Shown: one piece after another, positions 33,808 through 48,062 of the stretch
Layout: every line of letters starts with the position of its first letter
How positions within the stretch are numbered: position 1 is the stretch's first letter
Source of the DNA: Bugula neritina
Taxonomy: Eukaryota; Animalia; Bryozoa
Assembly: GCA_964035545.1 (NCBI GenBank)
Contig: OZ037766.1
Span: 7,368,722 to 7,432,721, forward strand
Length of the DNA: 64,000 bases
Reading direction: 5' to 3'
Notes under the pieces: generated by a model
What the model saw: the letters and a program-made list of their open reading frames with translations, nothing else
What the model was told of the DNA's origin: nothing
The model's database searches: none
Position numbers and translations under genes: made by a program

Positions 33808-36800
33808 ATGCTTCGTACCAGCTTGGCCAAAATGAAGTTGGCAGCTACATCTGCTAGTATGAACCAGTTCATGGTAAGTACGATGTTTTAGCTTGTACAC
33901 ATTACCTTGTTGCTTTACCTAATATAAAATCAAGTTGCTTAATTTTGTGCATAATATAATGACGTAACTAATGTAGTATTTTATGTGATAATTGTTTCAT
34001 TTTTGATACGTATTACAAATTTTAGTTGAATTTCAATGTTATTTTTATATAATGATTTGAATTTATAATAACATGCTAGTGGATAGGTAATTTCTTAAAT
34101 TAATGTATCAAATGAATTGCATAGACTGCTATGCAAATGGGTTAGATAGAATAAGTATGTAACTAATTTTTCGAGATTTATTTAAACCCAACGACTTTGT
34201 GGTGTCCAAATTAATAGGTTGCTAAAAGTTGACTAATTTTTAGTAGCTTCTAATTCAGATTGTTGGACGTATATAAACGTATGTGTTTAGATAGTTGAAG
34301 CTGTAATTTACTAATTATGCTTTGCTGATTTTACAACCTGTTTTTAGCTTGTTGGCTAGGTTTTAAAAGTGTGCAAAGAATGGCACTTTAATACCTTAAA
34401 GTTAGATTGAGTTGTCAAAAAAGTAGTTAATACTGAAAGTTGATTGAAAACTAAGAATGGTAATTTGTAGTATGTACTAAATATCACTCAAAACCGTTAA
34501 CTATTGCAAAGGTGTTAAAATATTATATTGTATTAAATATGGTGTAATATGCAGTCATTACATTTATATTCCAATTATAATACAAGACATTATGCTAAGC
34601 CATTGTTGATACCCAGTTCGAAGTTACTCACCCGTTTCTTGTAAAGAACACAGTCTATGTTACTTTAGAGGTTCCAGTCTCCAGTTCTGACGATACAAGC
34701 GAATAGGTGTGCCAGCAGTGAGGCTCTCAAAACTTCACTCTATGATTACCATGTCGAAAAGGGTAAGCACAATGTCATAGTGTTTAACATTACTTTTATG
34801 GTGTACAAGTTTGTCAATTGGTGTGATCAGGAAATTATCACAAGTTAATATAGTTATCCGTATAAGTAGCAACCGTGGTCTAGGGGTTAGAGCGTTGGTT
34901 TAGTAAGCACGAAGTCATGGGTTCAAGCCCCGACATAGGCCATTGGTGATGCTAAGAAGTGTATCCAGTCATAACTGCTCCTGTGCCTCGTCTGAATTAG
35001 TCCTTAGCCCAATTTTACAAAAAAATCTTCTATCAGGGATTTTCTCACAGGGATATGACTATAATTTTGCTTGAGTTGTTTCAATGTAGTCGTCTAGTTT
35101 GAATTTTTAGGTGGGAAGATGGTGGATTTTGCTGGTTGGCTAATGCCGGTGGTGTACTCCAGTGATACCATTATTCAGTCTCATCTTCACACCAGACAAA
35201 GTTGCAGTATATTTGACGTTTCCCACATGTTGCAGACTAAAGTACACGGGAAGCACTCTGTGGACTATTTAGAGTCTTTAGTTGTAGGAGATATAAAAGG
35301 TGGGCTGCACATTCTAATTCTATCATTTCTCTTATTTGGTATTTCTAGCTACAAATTATGTATCAACAACAACAGCAGAGATTGACACTGTAACAATTAC
35401 TTGCAAGTTGTGTGTGGGTGCAGATGATAAAGTGACCTTGACCTTGAGGCTCATCTTGACCTTGAGCCTCACTTTGAATATAGTGTATAGTTCATATGAG
35501 TTGCAGGTCTGGCAGATGACACAGGGACTCTTACTGTCTTCACTAATCAGCAAGGCGGCATTTGTGATGACCTCATAGCTAACAAGACGTCTGACGGGTA
35601 CATCTATGTCGTGTCTAATGCCGGCTGCCGAGATGGTGATCTCGCACTGATGAAGGTAGTAACACTCCCACAGTTTTAATATATATGTACAACATACGGG
35701 TTGCTGTGTACAGCTGACTGCTGTGTATAGCTCCACGTGACATTATAAATATATATTGGTGTTTTTAAGTCACTGACTGCCTTACTCTGAACATTGAAGT
35801 GTTCTAACACTTTTATAATTTATATTGAAACTGGATCTCAGTTAGACAGCTCAATGATTACATTTATATTCTTATCTGTTAATGCAGTGACTGAAAAAGT
35901 TGTGCTTTTCAAACATTTGAATTAAGTTCTCTTGGGTAAGGCAACTCCTACTCACGTAATGCAGCTCGGATTTGCCAAACCCAACTTTTTCTTGCTTTAA
36001 AAATATTTTTTGAGGGAGAATATTAAATTCGCAAACCTAATATCAATGGTGGACATTGTTTTATAGCTGCTTGGAAATGCTGTTGAATTTTAATTAATAT
36101 TATGGCTGTTAACAGTCTCTGTTAATAATTATCTTCAACTGTATTTGTATAATTATATGATATACTATAACGGTTTGTTGTGTGAATATGGAGACTTGCT
36201 GTGTTTATTTTTACACTCCGTATTTCTTATTACCCTGAAACTTGAAATCATAATGAATACAGGTTAAAAATATATTGCAGAGCTGGGCCGGCCCAAGTCA
36301 TTCACTCGACATACTTGAAAATTCTTTACTCGAGTCAACTTGCTAAAACTATTTACTTGACTGCAAGTCTATGAAATTTAAGAAAATGTAGCACACAAAA
36401 CTATTTTTGGTGACTCAGAGCTAGTATGTCTACTAGCCCTGAAATACCAGTAGGTCATATCAGCACAGCTTTAACTCTAGGAGGTAATCTGAACATGCCA
36501 CTTGATTTGTTTGTTCTTCTAACTTTGTAGCGGAAATTAGAAGAGTGCAAGTCTAAAGGATTGGATGTGGAACTGGAAGTGTTAACTAATCCACTTGTCG
36601 CAGTGCAAGGACCTCTCATGTCTAAGGTGAGTAGAGAGTAATCGACACAAGTAAAACTTGCTGTAGAAATCAGAATATCTTCAATGGGCAGATTTTTTTC
36701 TGATCTTTATCACTTTGTTGGCCTGATCTCTTTGGTAACTTTAAATAGAAATTAATTTAAGAGTAGAATATAAGTTGTGTAGTCTATACAAGTAATGATT

Positions 36801-39359
36801 TTTAATTTCGGAGTTGTGAATATACGCTTCTAAAGTTGCATCTTATTGCTAAATGGCAGCTGTTACATGATACACAGCGAAATCATGTTGCAGTGATTTG
36901 CTTATCCAATCAGAAATAGCTAAATTATTTTCCCCTGATGAGTTGTAATGCTTTATAACACAATAAAGAAAGGGCAAAGTTACAAGAAAAATTATAAAAC
37001 CATCTACAAACTGTAGCCATAAGTTTGACAACATTACAATGACCATTCGCTACAGGTGCTGCAAGCTGGTGTAGATGTAGATCTTACTCAACTGTATTTT
37101 ATGAACACCACTATGGCGAGTGTCTTCGGAGTGGAGGGTTGCCGGATTACCAGGTGTGGATACACAGGAGAGGATGGTGTTGAGGTATGACAACTCCTAA
37201 AACTAACCAGTATCCGTAAAGCAGGTTTATAGCGAGTAGTTGTGAGCTGGTATACAGTACACTGTAGCTGGTATTGTAATGGCCATATCTAAATGTTTGT
37301 ATAGCACGTATATAATTGTGACCACATTTCATGAGAAGAAATGTTGTATTTTAAATATTGTAAGCTATAATTTCATATATGTTTAATAAACTATATACAC
37401 TTTTATTGTTAACCGTCAAATCAGTTCTTACTCACCCGTTTATTGACTGATGCTCTTAATTTTAAAATTAACTGCATTTGGTGTTTTGATTGTCAGAATT
37501 TAAATTGGCTGGAAATGAAATACAAATACATATGCACAGTTTCAGCTTGTTTTCTAATAAAATCAGGAGTAAATAATTCAACTCTTTATATTGCTATCAT
37601 TTTTAGAAGCACAATTTTAGCAGTAATAACTGTCTTTATAAACCAGCTAAGAGATTCCAGATGGTCGATATCACTGCTTCTTTATGTTGTATTTCCAGTG
37701 ATGTACACGTAGATCACTGGAAATGTTAACAGGTAGGTTATAACATGATGATGTAATTGGATCAATTTAAACTGAAATCTCCATTCTAGATTTCCATACC
37801 TGAAGGCAAAGAGCACCATATAATGGACTGTTTACTCTCCTCCAAGGAAGCTGGTGTGAAGTTGGCTGGGTTGGGGGCGAGGGACAGTCTAAGGCTTGAA
37901 GCTGGTTTGTGTCTCTATGGAAACGACATTGACGAAACTACAACCCCTGTTGAAGCTGCACTCACTTGGCTCATAGGTTTGTTACTCACGTCTTGGTTTA
38001 TTGATCTGTTACTAAGCTTCCTTCCGTGTTATCTGGTTTCCTGACATTACTTTGTAAGTATTAAACTTAGTTTTTGCCTACTTTCTTGCAGGAGTTGGCT
38101 CCTCGTCTTCCTATTCTCATTCTCTATTCTCTCAAAGCATTAGTTTTCCCATTAAATCATTGACTGCTGAGAAACTCTTGATTCGACAAATATATTTATG
38201 TTTATTTTGTTTGAACAGCTAGGAATATAAAGGATAAATGAAATGGTTGAGGCTCACATTTTAGTTTGCTATACGGGTGACACTTCAACCCTCCCTACTC
38301 AGGGATTACTATGACTCTCTGGTTAATTTTTTATGTCTGGCAGTAATAGTTAAAACCTGCCATAAGTTGTGAATGGTGGCCTATTTCAATGTGAGTATAA
38401 GCACTAAGACTAATACAATAACATGCTGTTGTACGTAGAGTGCAACTTCTGTGTGGTGTATATTGCTAGGTAAACGCAGAAGGCAAGATAGCAATTTTCC
38501 AGGATCTGACGTTATACTACAGCAGCTGAAGGAGAAACCTGCAAGAAAGAGAGTTGGTATTATAACTGAGTCTGGCCCACCACCACGTGGTACGTGCTGT
38601 AAACTGCCCACAAAACTAACTGGAAAAAATACCAGGAGTTTATGTTTACTATTCATGCTTCAATTAGGAGCATGCAACTCCGATTTTGTGGTTATTTTCT
38701 ACATTTTTGATGTGGCGGTGGCTCAAATATGTAATATGCATCAACTTTGCCTAACACTGATTGGTTTCCTATTCCTACAGCATTAAATGTACTGAAAATA
38801 GCCTAAGCAGTGCCACAGCACTTTGATATATGCATGCACTTACCAAGTTGTGGTAGTCCATAGGTTATCAATTAGCTCTCTTAGATAGCCCGACACAAAG
38901 CTGTGTAGTTGGGCATTTAAATGGTTCAACCTTGACTTTAAGCAAAATATTTTCTGAATTGGTGTGATATATTATTTTATATCCTATTGTATTGAGCGCT
39001 GTATTTTCATAAATATTGAGAAGACAATTCTATGCATAATGGTGTTTGTAAAAACTGCCTGCATTTAGTAAAGGAAATATCACTACTTGGTATTACCTAA
39101 TCATGTTGAAAGATTTGATAGCAAATTTATTGAATATGCTTTAGCTGGGTCGAAGGTCATAGTTGATGAGAAGGAAGTGGGCAAGATTACCAGCGGCGTA
39201 CCTTCCCCCTCCCTTAAAAAGAACATAGCTATGGCGTACATCCAAACTCATTGCTCTAAGCTAGGAACTGAGGTTATGGTAGAGACCAGAAATAAACTAA
39301 GCAAAGGAGTCATCAGCAGAATGCCATTTGTACCCAGTAACTACTACCTCAAGAAATAG
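33808..39359 (+). CDS. AMT: Aminomethyltransferase, mitochondrial (glycine cleavage system T protein), 414 aa; exons 33808-33873, 34669-34762, 35111-35299, 35507-35655, 36531-36626, 37056-37184, 37790-37976, 38470-38589, 39145-39359
   Basis: Transit-peptide-like N-terminus; [98 protein letters not shown]. All introns GT-AG with consistent phases (1245 nt total). Probable non-coding first exon ends at 33590. Confidence 0.97.
34866..35076 (+). mobile_element. tRNA-Thr-derived SINE, copy 3 (in AMT intron)
   Basis: A box TGGTCTAGGGG, TTAGTAA loop, B box GGTTCAAGCC, same body as copies 1 and 2. Confidence 0.85.
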
Positions 39360-39835
39360 CCTAATCTATCTCAATCATCTCATAATGTGTCAAGTTGCTT
39401 TATTTTTTTAATATTTTATCCATATATTCGGTGCTTTTTTACTTAATACATTACTGTTTAGTAGCTTTTCAACTACTATGCAAGATTTACACAAAATCTG
39501 ATGGGTTTTTTAATTACCAGCTACTAAAATTTTCTGACATTGGTTTCGAGTAAATGATCTACTAACAATTCTGCTAAGAATTTACCACAGCATCATTATG
39601 CTTATATATTGTTTATTGCCGGTGTCTGACTTTCATATGTATTATATACAAAACATAGAAGTTTTAAAGGCTATACTTTTTATTGTTTTTACAGCTGATA
39701 ATTTTAAAAATAAACACAATCCATCATCGTGTAATAACTTACATAAAATATTTTTAACTGTTTAAAAATTACATCATAACAGATATATAAGACTATAATA
39801 CAGAGATGTTTGGGTACTTCCCCTCCTTTGCCATG

Positions 39836-40672
<837 letters not shown>

Positions 40673-43600
40673 CTTGACTTATAATTACTGAAACAGGAAT
40701 TGGTGTGATCAGCAATTGGAATAGTAAATACAAATGTAAATACAAATGCAAATACAGCATATTCACATTGACCAAGTGAGATTCTAGCAAAAAGCTCAAA
40801 CTCAAAATTATTGATTATTTGATTATTAAACATCGTAAGCATCCAGGTTATTTTGATAAAATCAATTACTGTTAATTAAAAGATCATACTTTTTTAGTAG
40901 CATTCACAAAATATATACAAAAAATCTCAACTCAATATACCAGAAAAAATGAATTAAAATATATGTGTTAATAGCACTGATATTGACGTGACCGTGGCAC
41001 ATGAAAAATCTGAAAAAAGAGTTGTCTTCTTTTTTTCTATATTAATATATAGAGCTTGTCGTGAAAATAAAGATTTTTTTAAAAAAATATTGTGACCCTC
41101 TGGTAACTTCCTGAATTTAGAAAATTAGCTCATATATTTCTTTTCATGTGGACAACAGCTCACTTTTTTTTAAATTTATTTTGAAGCTCTTTTCGTAAAA
41201 AATAATCAAAAGTAAAAAATCCAAAATTTTTACAAATTGGTTCGGGGCTTGACGTGAAAGGCATTTGGACGAAGATGTCAAGGTCACCATTAATAAATTT
41301 ATTTCATCACAATTCACAATACTGCACGGAAAGTTAATGAAGTGAGCTGAAAATTAGGTTGCTAGCATATTGAATTTGATATACATTATATTGATTGTTG
41401 CAGTATTATTTTTGAAATTTGTTTTATCAGTTATGTTTAACTTCTTCATAGAGCTGCTGTTAGACTAAGAGTAAGACATAATATTAGCAACAATGATAAT
41501 ATTAATAATAATATTTTATTATTTATATTAAATTAAAATTATTATTAAATTCACGGTGAAGTATCACTATCACTATGAGTATGAGTATCGTATAAATTAA
41601 TTATGAGTATGAGTATCACTATGACATTAACTCAATCAATGATTGACTATTACTATGAATATGAATATGGCTTCTAATTCTTGTAACTTTTGACTATGAC
41701 GATGCTGATACTGATAATCACTGCCAGCCCAAGTCTCATACTCATAGTGATACTATTAGTATTAATAATTAGTATTACTATTAGTACAACTACTAGTATT
41801 ACTCATAGTTCTGATAATGATGCAGATGATAGTTTTAAAAGTTCTACTTCTACTTTTATAGTAAGCTAGATTGTATATGTTGAGCTCTACTCATTTTTTA
41901 CTACTAATTTGCTAATACTAATACTAATAGTAATAGTAATACTAATAATAGTTATAGTTGTTATAATGATAGTAATACTAATAGTAATAATAACTATTTC
42001 AATTTGATAATTTATGTTTTATAACAGCATTATCGCTTATCATTTACATTGGTTCATAATATGCTTATTTTAATTTTGCTTTGTGTGTTTTGTCATGTTG
42101 TAAATTTAAGTTCGTATGGTTATTTAATGAACTAGAGAACTAGCCAAATGTTATGTAACGGTTGCAGTAATTTACTATAAACTCAGTGAAATTTAAAACC
42201 TAATTGATATTACTATGACATTGATTGTACAGAGGTAGCTAAAATATACATTAAATTACCAATAATTTTAATTCGCCAATACACTATGAGTAGAACAATC
42301 AAATGCAATGATAGAAAATTAATTAGTCATAGCAGCCCGTTGCTTGAGGAACATTGAGCTACAGGTCTAAAATGATGTAGTTTTGTGATCCCTTATATAA
42401 CAAAATAATCTTTTCAAACTGGTTTAATACTTTTATTATAAACACGCTTATCAAAGTAACATGTTTTTGATGTATATTCTATTAAAAAAGCAATCACATC
42501 AGGTTTTCAATTTGTATGTTGTACAAAGTTTATTATGGTGACAAGTTACTAAATTATATGGTTCAGCTTTGTAAAGTAAAGCTGATAAAATAAAAACAAT
42601 TATGTGATTGTTTTACTGCTATATGTTAAATTTAAATGAGTTGAATAATATCCTAGTGCAGTGAATTAGATATTTTTTTAGCCTTGGTACACCTGTTTGT
42701 TATAGGCTAACATTCCACCAATAGAAGAATGGTGCAAGTAGAAGAAATTTCAGGCGCAGAAAGCTAAGGAGCAGTCAGAATGCTGCCAGAGTTGTGAAGA
42801 GGCACTTGAAAAAGCTGAATTTCAATAATGACATGAAATTCGTAACAGATCACCCTGGTGTATTTGAACTGACATGGCCAGCAGAGTTCTCGAAGTCACA
42901 TACAACAGCTATTTACATCATCATGGTTAGCTTAAATTTAATTCCTATATCAGTCTCTAATATATAGTTTGATATCTGCTGTAAATTTGCTTAAGGAGCA
43001 TACACATAACCAAAACTGAGTTACACTATAGTATTTGTTCTTGAATATATTTACCAAGATAAGTAGATTTGCTAATTCATTAACAGTAAAATTATAATGA
43101 TACAACAATTTTTCTTTTAGATGATTCAATCAATAACACAAGACACTACAACATGGTTTTGCAGTTATAGAGTATTAATTTTCTGGCTCTTTCCAAATCT
43201 TCATAGAAGGCAAAGAAAACCACCGTCAGCTTGCCTTTATAACTGAGTGCAAGCTTCTTCCACCTACAGATGATGATAAACAATTTGCTGATGTGGAACT
43301 TTCTAATTTTGTTTACAATGAAGATAGATTATAGGACATTATTCTTTATGTAAAGATTGTCAAGTTTTGTTATAATTAAGAACAGTTTTAGTTTCAATAA
43401 ATCAGTTCAACATTATGGACATCATTGCACAAACATTTTAATCTTTACTACCTACAAAGGTATCTGATGGACTACTTGAAAATACAAAACTATGCTCCAG
43501 ATACACAATGAACTGACCAGCAAAGTTAAAATGAGTTGGAGATGTAGAACATAATATCTTGTTCAAGGCTTTTCCCTGCTGTTGGAACCTTCTACTTCAG

Positions 43601-46585
43601 AACACTGAATTGAACAAACATATGTAGATATATAAAACTTTGCAAACAATGATAATGTGAAATTAGTTGCTAAGTATTACATTGCTAATAAATACAGCAT
43701 TGTGTAATGTTTTATTTAATTTTTTTTGAGCCATTTGATCTATAGGCCTGCATAGTATTTACTATATTATAACTAATAAATTGCAGACACATTATGTCAG
43801 ACCAGTTTCCATTTAAATAGAATCGTGTAGGCTATCAAATTTGTAGAAGTAAAAAACCGAATTCTTATTGAGTAAAATACTTGCCTTTTTTTCATGATGC
43901 CTCTACTGCTAAAAAGAGAAGTTTTTATCAATACAGCTCCATCAATCTGTATCCTGATGAAGCTAGTAGTTTAGGAACATTTGTGGCGGGGAGTGTAGGC
44001 TGAGCTGCAGTATAGGAAGAACCCCAACATATGTAATCTATTCAGCACATTATATGTATATTTATTCAAAAAAGAATTTAGAAAACGCTTTATGAAGCAT
44101 GAACAAAGTAAAAATTAATGCTGGTGAAAGTAATATTATTACACCCATTAGAATTACTAGCAGCTATAGCATTAAAATTATGTATTTTCATAAAAATGTG
44201 TCTAATTTATGCTACAAAGTTATTACTGCCAAAGGTTACAAAATTTACCAGTCACATTCATGCAGCTGGCGGAGAATAACTAACTTTCACATGCAATAAA
44301 TACAATTAGTAGCTCAATCTAAAACTAATGCGCTATTAAATGTTAGGAGTATAAGTTATAGTTATTCTAAGGAATAATTGCAAAAAAGTTACTTAGAGGA
44401 ATTTAACTCTTATTATAATGTAATTATCTTCCAAGATATATTACAACATCACTACTTGGATGCATACAATGTCATATTTATATTGGCATCAACATAATTT
44501 TCAATAATTTCCAATCTATTAACTTGAGCATTATGATTGTGATTATTTTATAAATAAGGCGATGATTAGGCACTGTTGGTATTTTGGTTCAATTTATTAA
44601 TAGCTGTAACAGGCAGAGTTGTAAATATAATGGATATATCAAAATTCCAATGGGTATAGTACTCTAACACAACATTGATACTAATAATTGTAGCCACTTA
44701 CTCTTAGAGTTAGTGAATAATGATACAGTCATAACAATCTGAATTTCAATCAGAATTAGAGATAGGCTGACTGCTTTATAATATTATAGTTATGTCAAAT
44801 TGAATTTATTCACTATAACTATACAATTTATGATTATAATTATAAATTAAAATAATTTAAATATTATATAATATATTGATAATTATTGGAATCATAATTA
44901 TATTTATTGTTATGATCATTATGATTATAATTATTTAATATTATCTTTGTTTGTATTTAAAGTTGTTCCTTAAATTTAAAGTTGTTTAAATTTTATAAAT
45001 TTATTATAATTATATTACTGTATAAGTATTGCTATTAGTATTAGTATAATTAAATTATTATAATTTATATTTTATTATTTATATTATTATTTATTTTACT
45101 TTTTATTTTAAGACCAGCAGTTCAAATTAATACTTGTGTCGTTTGTTTTATATTATAACTTACAAGTATAACTATTAACATAATAATTTTACATTTGTTA
45201 TTAGTATTACTATGAATATAAATATTTATATTAATATAAATATAGCTATTGGTATAACTTATACTTATAGTTATAACTAATATTATAAGTAATAGTTTCG
45301 AAACTGATTCTGCTCCGTAACTGATACTGTCATATGATTATGATTATCATTATGACTGATAATAGTATTAATAAATATAACCATTGAATATTATTAATAA
45401 TAGTTCACCAATAGGCGACAGTCATAGACTTAGAGTTAGAGTGAGAGTCATAGACATACTCATAGTCATAGTGATAGACTAGTGATACTCATAGTCATAC
45501 TGATACTGTGATTTAGTTTCACTGATTCAGTTACAAATTTTAAAACTTGGTTTTACGTAGACAACTACTAACCTATAATTCATCACAAAACGGTTGAAAA
45601 TCATCATTTACTGCATATTTAAGAGTAATTTTCTGGTAGTGTGGTCGACATGATAATTGAAATTAAAATAGGGAAAATAATTATTTTGTGATTTACAGCA
45701 AGTTACAAACTAGCGAAATGGAATAGTCCATTTGAAAACAGTCAAATTAGTTACCTTTCTTGATGTTGCGTAGCTAACGTTAGTTATTAGTAGCCGCCCG
45801 AAGAGTAACATTCATGTGATTTGAACTACGAATAACGAGAATCTGTGACAAACCCGCTTCTTAATAACTTTACGCGATATAAACTCACGCTACAATAGGG
45901 CTATTTTGCCATCCCCACGTCAGAATAGGACACGGAGGGCACGCTCGCGGGCAAGTCTGGGCAAGTCCAAGACACCTAATATGACCACTTTTACTTACAT
46001 TTTTGTAGTGTTTTCGTATAAGAAATTGGATAAAATGCTGATAAAACAGTTGAAAAGCATGCAAACTTTTGCTCAAATGTAATAAATAACCTGGAAGCTT
46101 ACCGCCTTTAATATTAGTATTACGATTATAAAATGATCATAAAGTCAGAGTCACCATCACTTAATCTTATGCTTCTAGTTGTACATATACTTATAGAGTT
46201 GTACTTATAGAGTTATACTTATAGTAATAGTAATGTTATACTTATAGTTGTAACATAAATTAAAACTCTTAGTATTACTCTATTAGTATTAGTATTACTT
46301 AGTCTTATATTTATAATTTTAATTTATAGTTATAAGTTAAGTTGCAACTTATTCATAATTTATTAGTATAAGTATTACTATTATTAATACTAATACTAAT
46401 AGTAATACTGAGTATTAGTACTAGTAGTACTAGTACTAGTAGTAGTATAAGTATCTGTATTACTATTACTATTAGTATTACTGAAAAAAATTAATTAAAT
46501 TAGATTAAAACACTTGAAATATTCAAATGATAAACTAAAATATAACAAATAAAACGTGTGAGGCCAAACTTGAATTTGAAGGTAA

Positions 46586-46799
46586 AATAAAAATAGTTGT
46601 TTTTAAAATTTATGCTTATGTTTGAGTTGAAAACGCTAAAAGCCTTATGTGACTGCGTGGCCATGTAATGGCTTGGCGTGGAGCCAATATGATCTATTAA
46701 CCCTTTGCGTGGAGCTTCGTGGAGCCACGCAACAACACTAAATTTATAACGTTTTCAACTCAAAGATAAGCATAAAATTTAAAAACAACTATTTTTATT
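46586..46799. mobile_element. Foldback/MITE-like element with 50-bp inverted arms
   Basis: 46586-46635 is the reverse complement of 46750-46799 with 2 mismatches; inner TGCGTGGC...GCCACGCA and repeated CGTGGAGC. Confidence 0.75.
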
Positions 46800-47282
46800 G
46801 ATAAAATAAATTTTAATAACATAAATTCAAAAGTAATGTATTTTTATGCAAATCAAAAAGCACGCACCATGGAGTTGTCCTCTTTGTCATATTTTTCTTA
46901 AATTTGTTATCATCTGCTCTGTTGAGAGAGGATATATTCTAAATTGGTGGTCAAAAGTATAATACTGTATTATATAATTAAAATAATATGCTACTTGCAT
47001 ACATTGAATATATCCAATAATTACATCATCCTAATCAATTTTATTAAACAATAAACTTGTCATTACTTTATTCAAGGAATTGAGATCAATTCTTGCATTG
47101 ACTGCTATTAATATACTATATTATAATAATGTATTACAATTAAAATTAACTGGTTAGAAGCCAAAATGTTTGGTAAATAAAATACTGTATTCAAATCCTA
47201 TAATCTAATCTTACAAGTACCGATATATCTTTGGGTGTGTTCTCATAATGCTAACCTCATGAATGTGCATCTTTGGCTTGAA

Positions 47283-48062
47283 TTAAAGGATTGCTCTATC
47301 TTGTCTAATAAATGGCCATTTAGGTCAAACACACATAATATTGTGTTTTTCTAAGCATGCATTGACAAAAAGCATTTGACCAAAGGTAGAAAAAGTTAGT
47401 TGAAGTTGAGGGTGTAGATTGGTAACAGCCAAAACGCCGATTTTGAAATGAGCTGAGAAATGTGACGTAACAGCGCCAGCATTCCTGCTGGTCACGTGAC
47501 TATACAAATGAATAACTATAGAAATATGACTGTGAGATGTGATCTTTCAGCTCGTAATTTGTATATTTATAGAAGTGCAAATATGAATTATCTCAATCTA
47601 TAGTTTTTTGACATGTTAAATAACATGTATGTGATAACATTAGGCCATATTTTGCTTGTAAACATAGAAAAAAGCTTTGCAAAAACATGCATTCTTTAGG
47701 ATGAATGCCTGCGATCGATCTAAACTAGGTCAGATTGTGCAATATTACGGGCGGGCGCACCAAAGCTGACCTATATAGCGCACTGTAACTGCTTGAGCGT
47801 TATTGGTTGATGTTGCGCTCAGCAACCTTGAATACTAGCGTTATAGTTAGCACGTGCAGCATAGTTACTGGCGTTCACACGTCACGTATTAGGCTATTCT
47901 TTTTCATGGCTGAAAATTTTACCTCCCTCAAAATTGGAATTTTGAAAAGCTGTTTTCTAGGCATATATCCCTTTGCAAAGTCACAATTGTTTGCATACAC
48001 ATTAGATTATAGTTCATAATTATAATGTGATTGTAATAAACTAAGATAGAGCAATCCTTTAA
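47283..48062. mobile_element. Non-autonomous DNA transposon (MITE) with TTAA TSD, Kolobok/T2-type
   Basis: TTAA|AGGATTGCTCTATCTT ... AAGATAGAGCAATCCT|TTAA: perfect 16-bp TIR, degenerate subterminal inverted similarity, no coding capacity. Confidence 0.85.

Noticed and set aside
34866-34945. Possible tRNA-Thr gene
   Set aside because: Stems do not pair properly and it continues into a body shared by three dispersed copies, so it is a SINE head.
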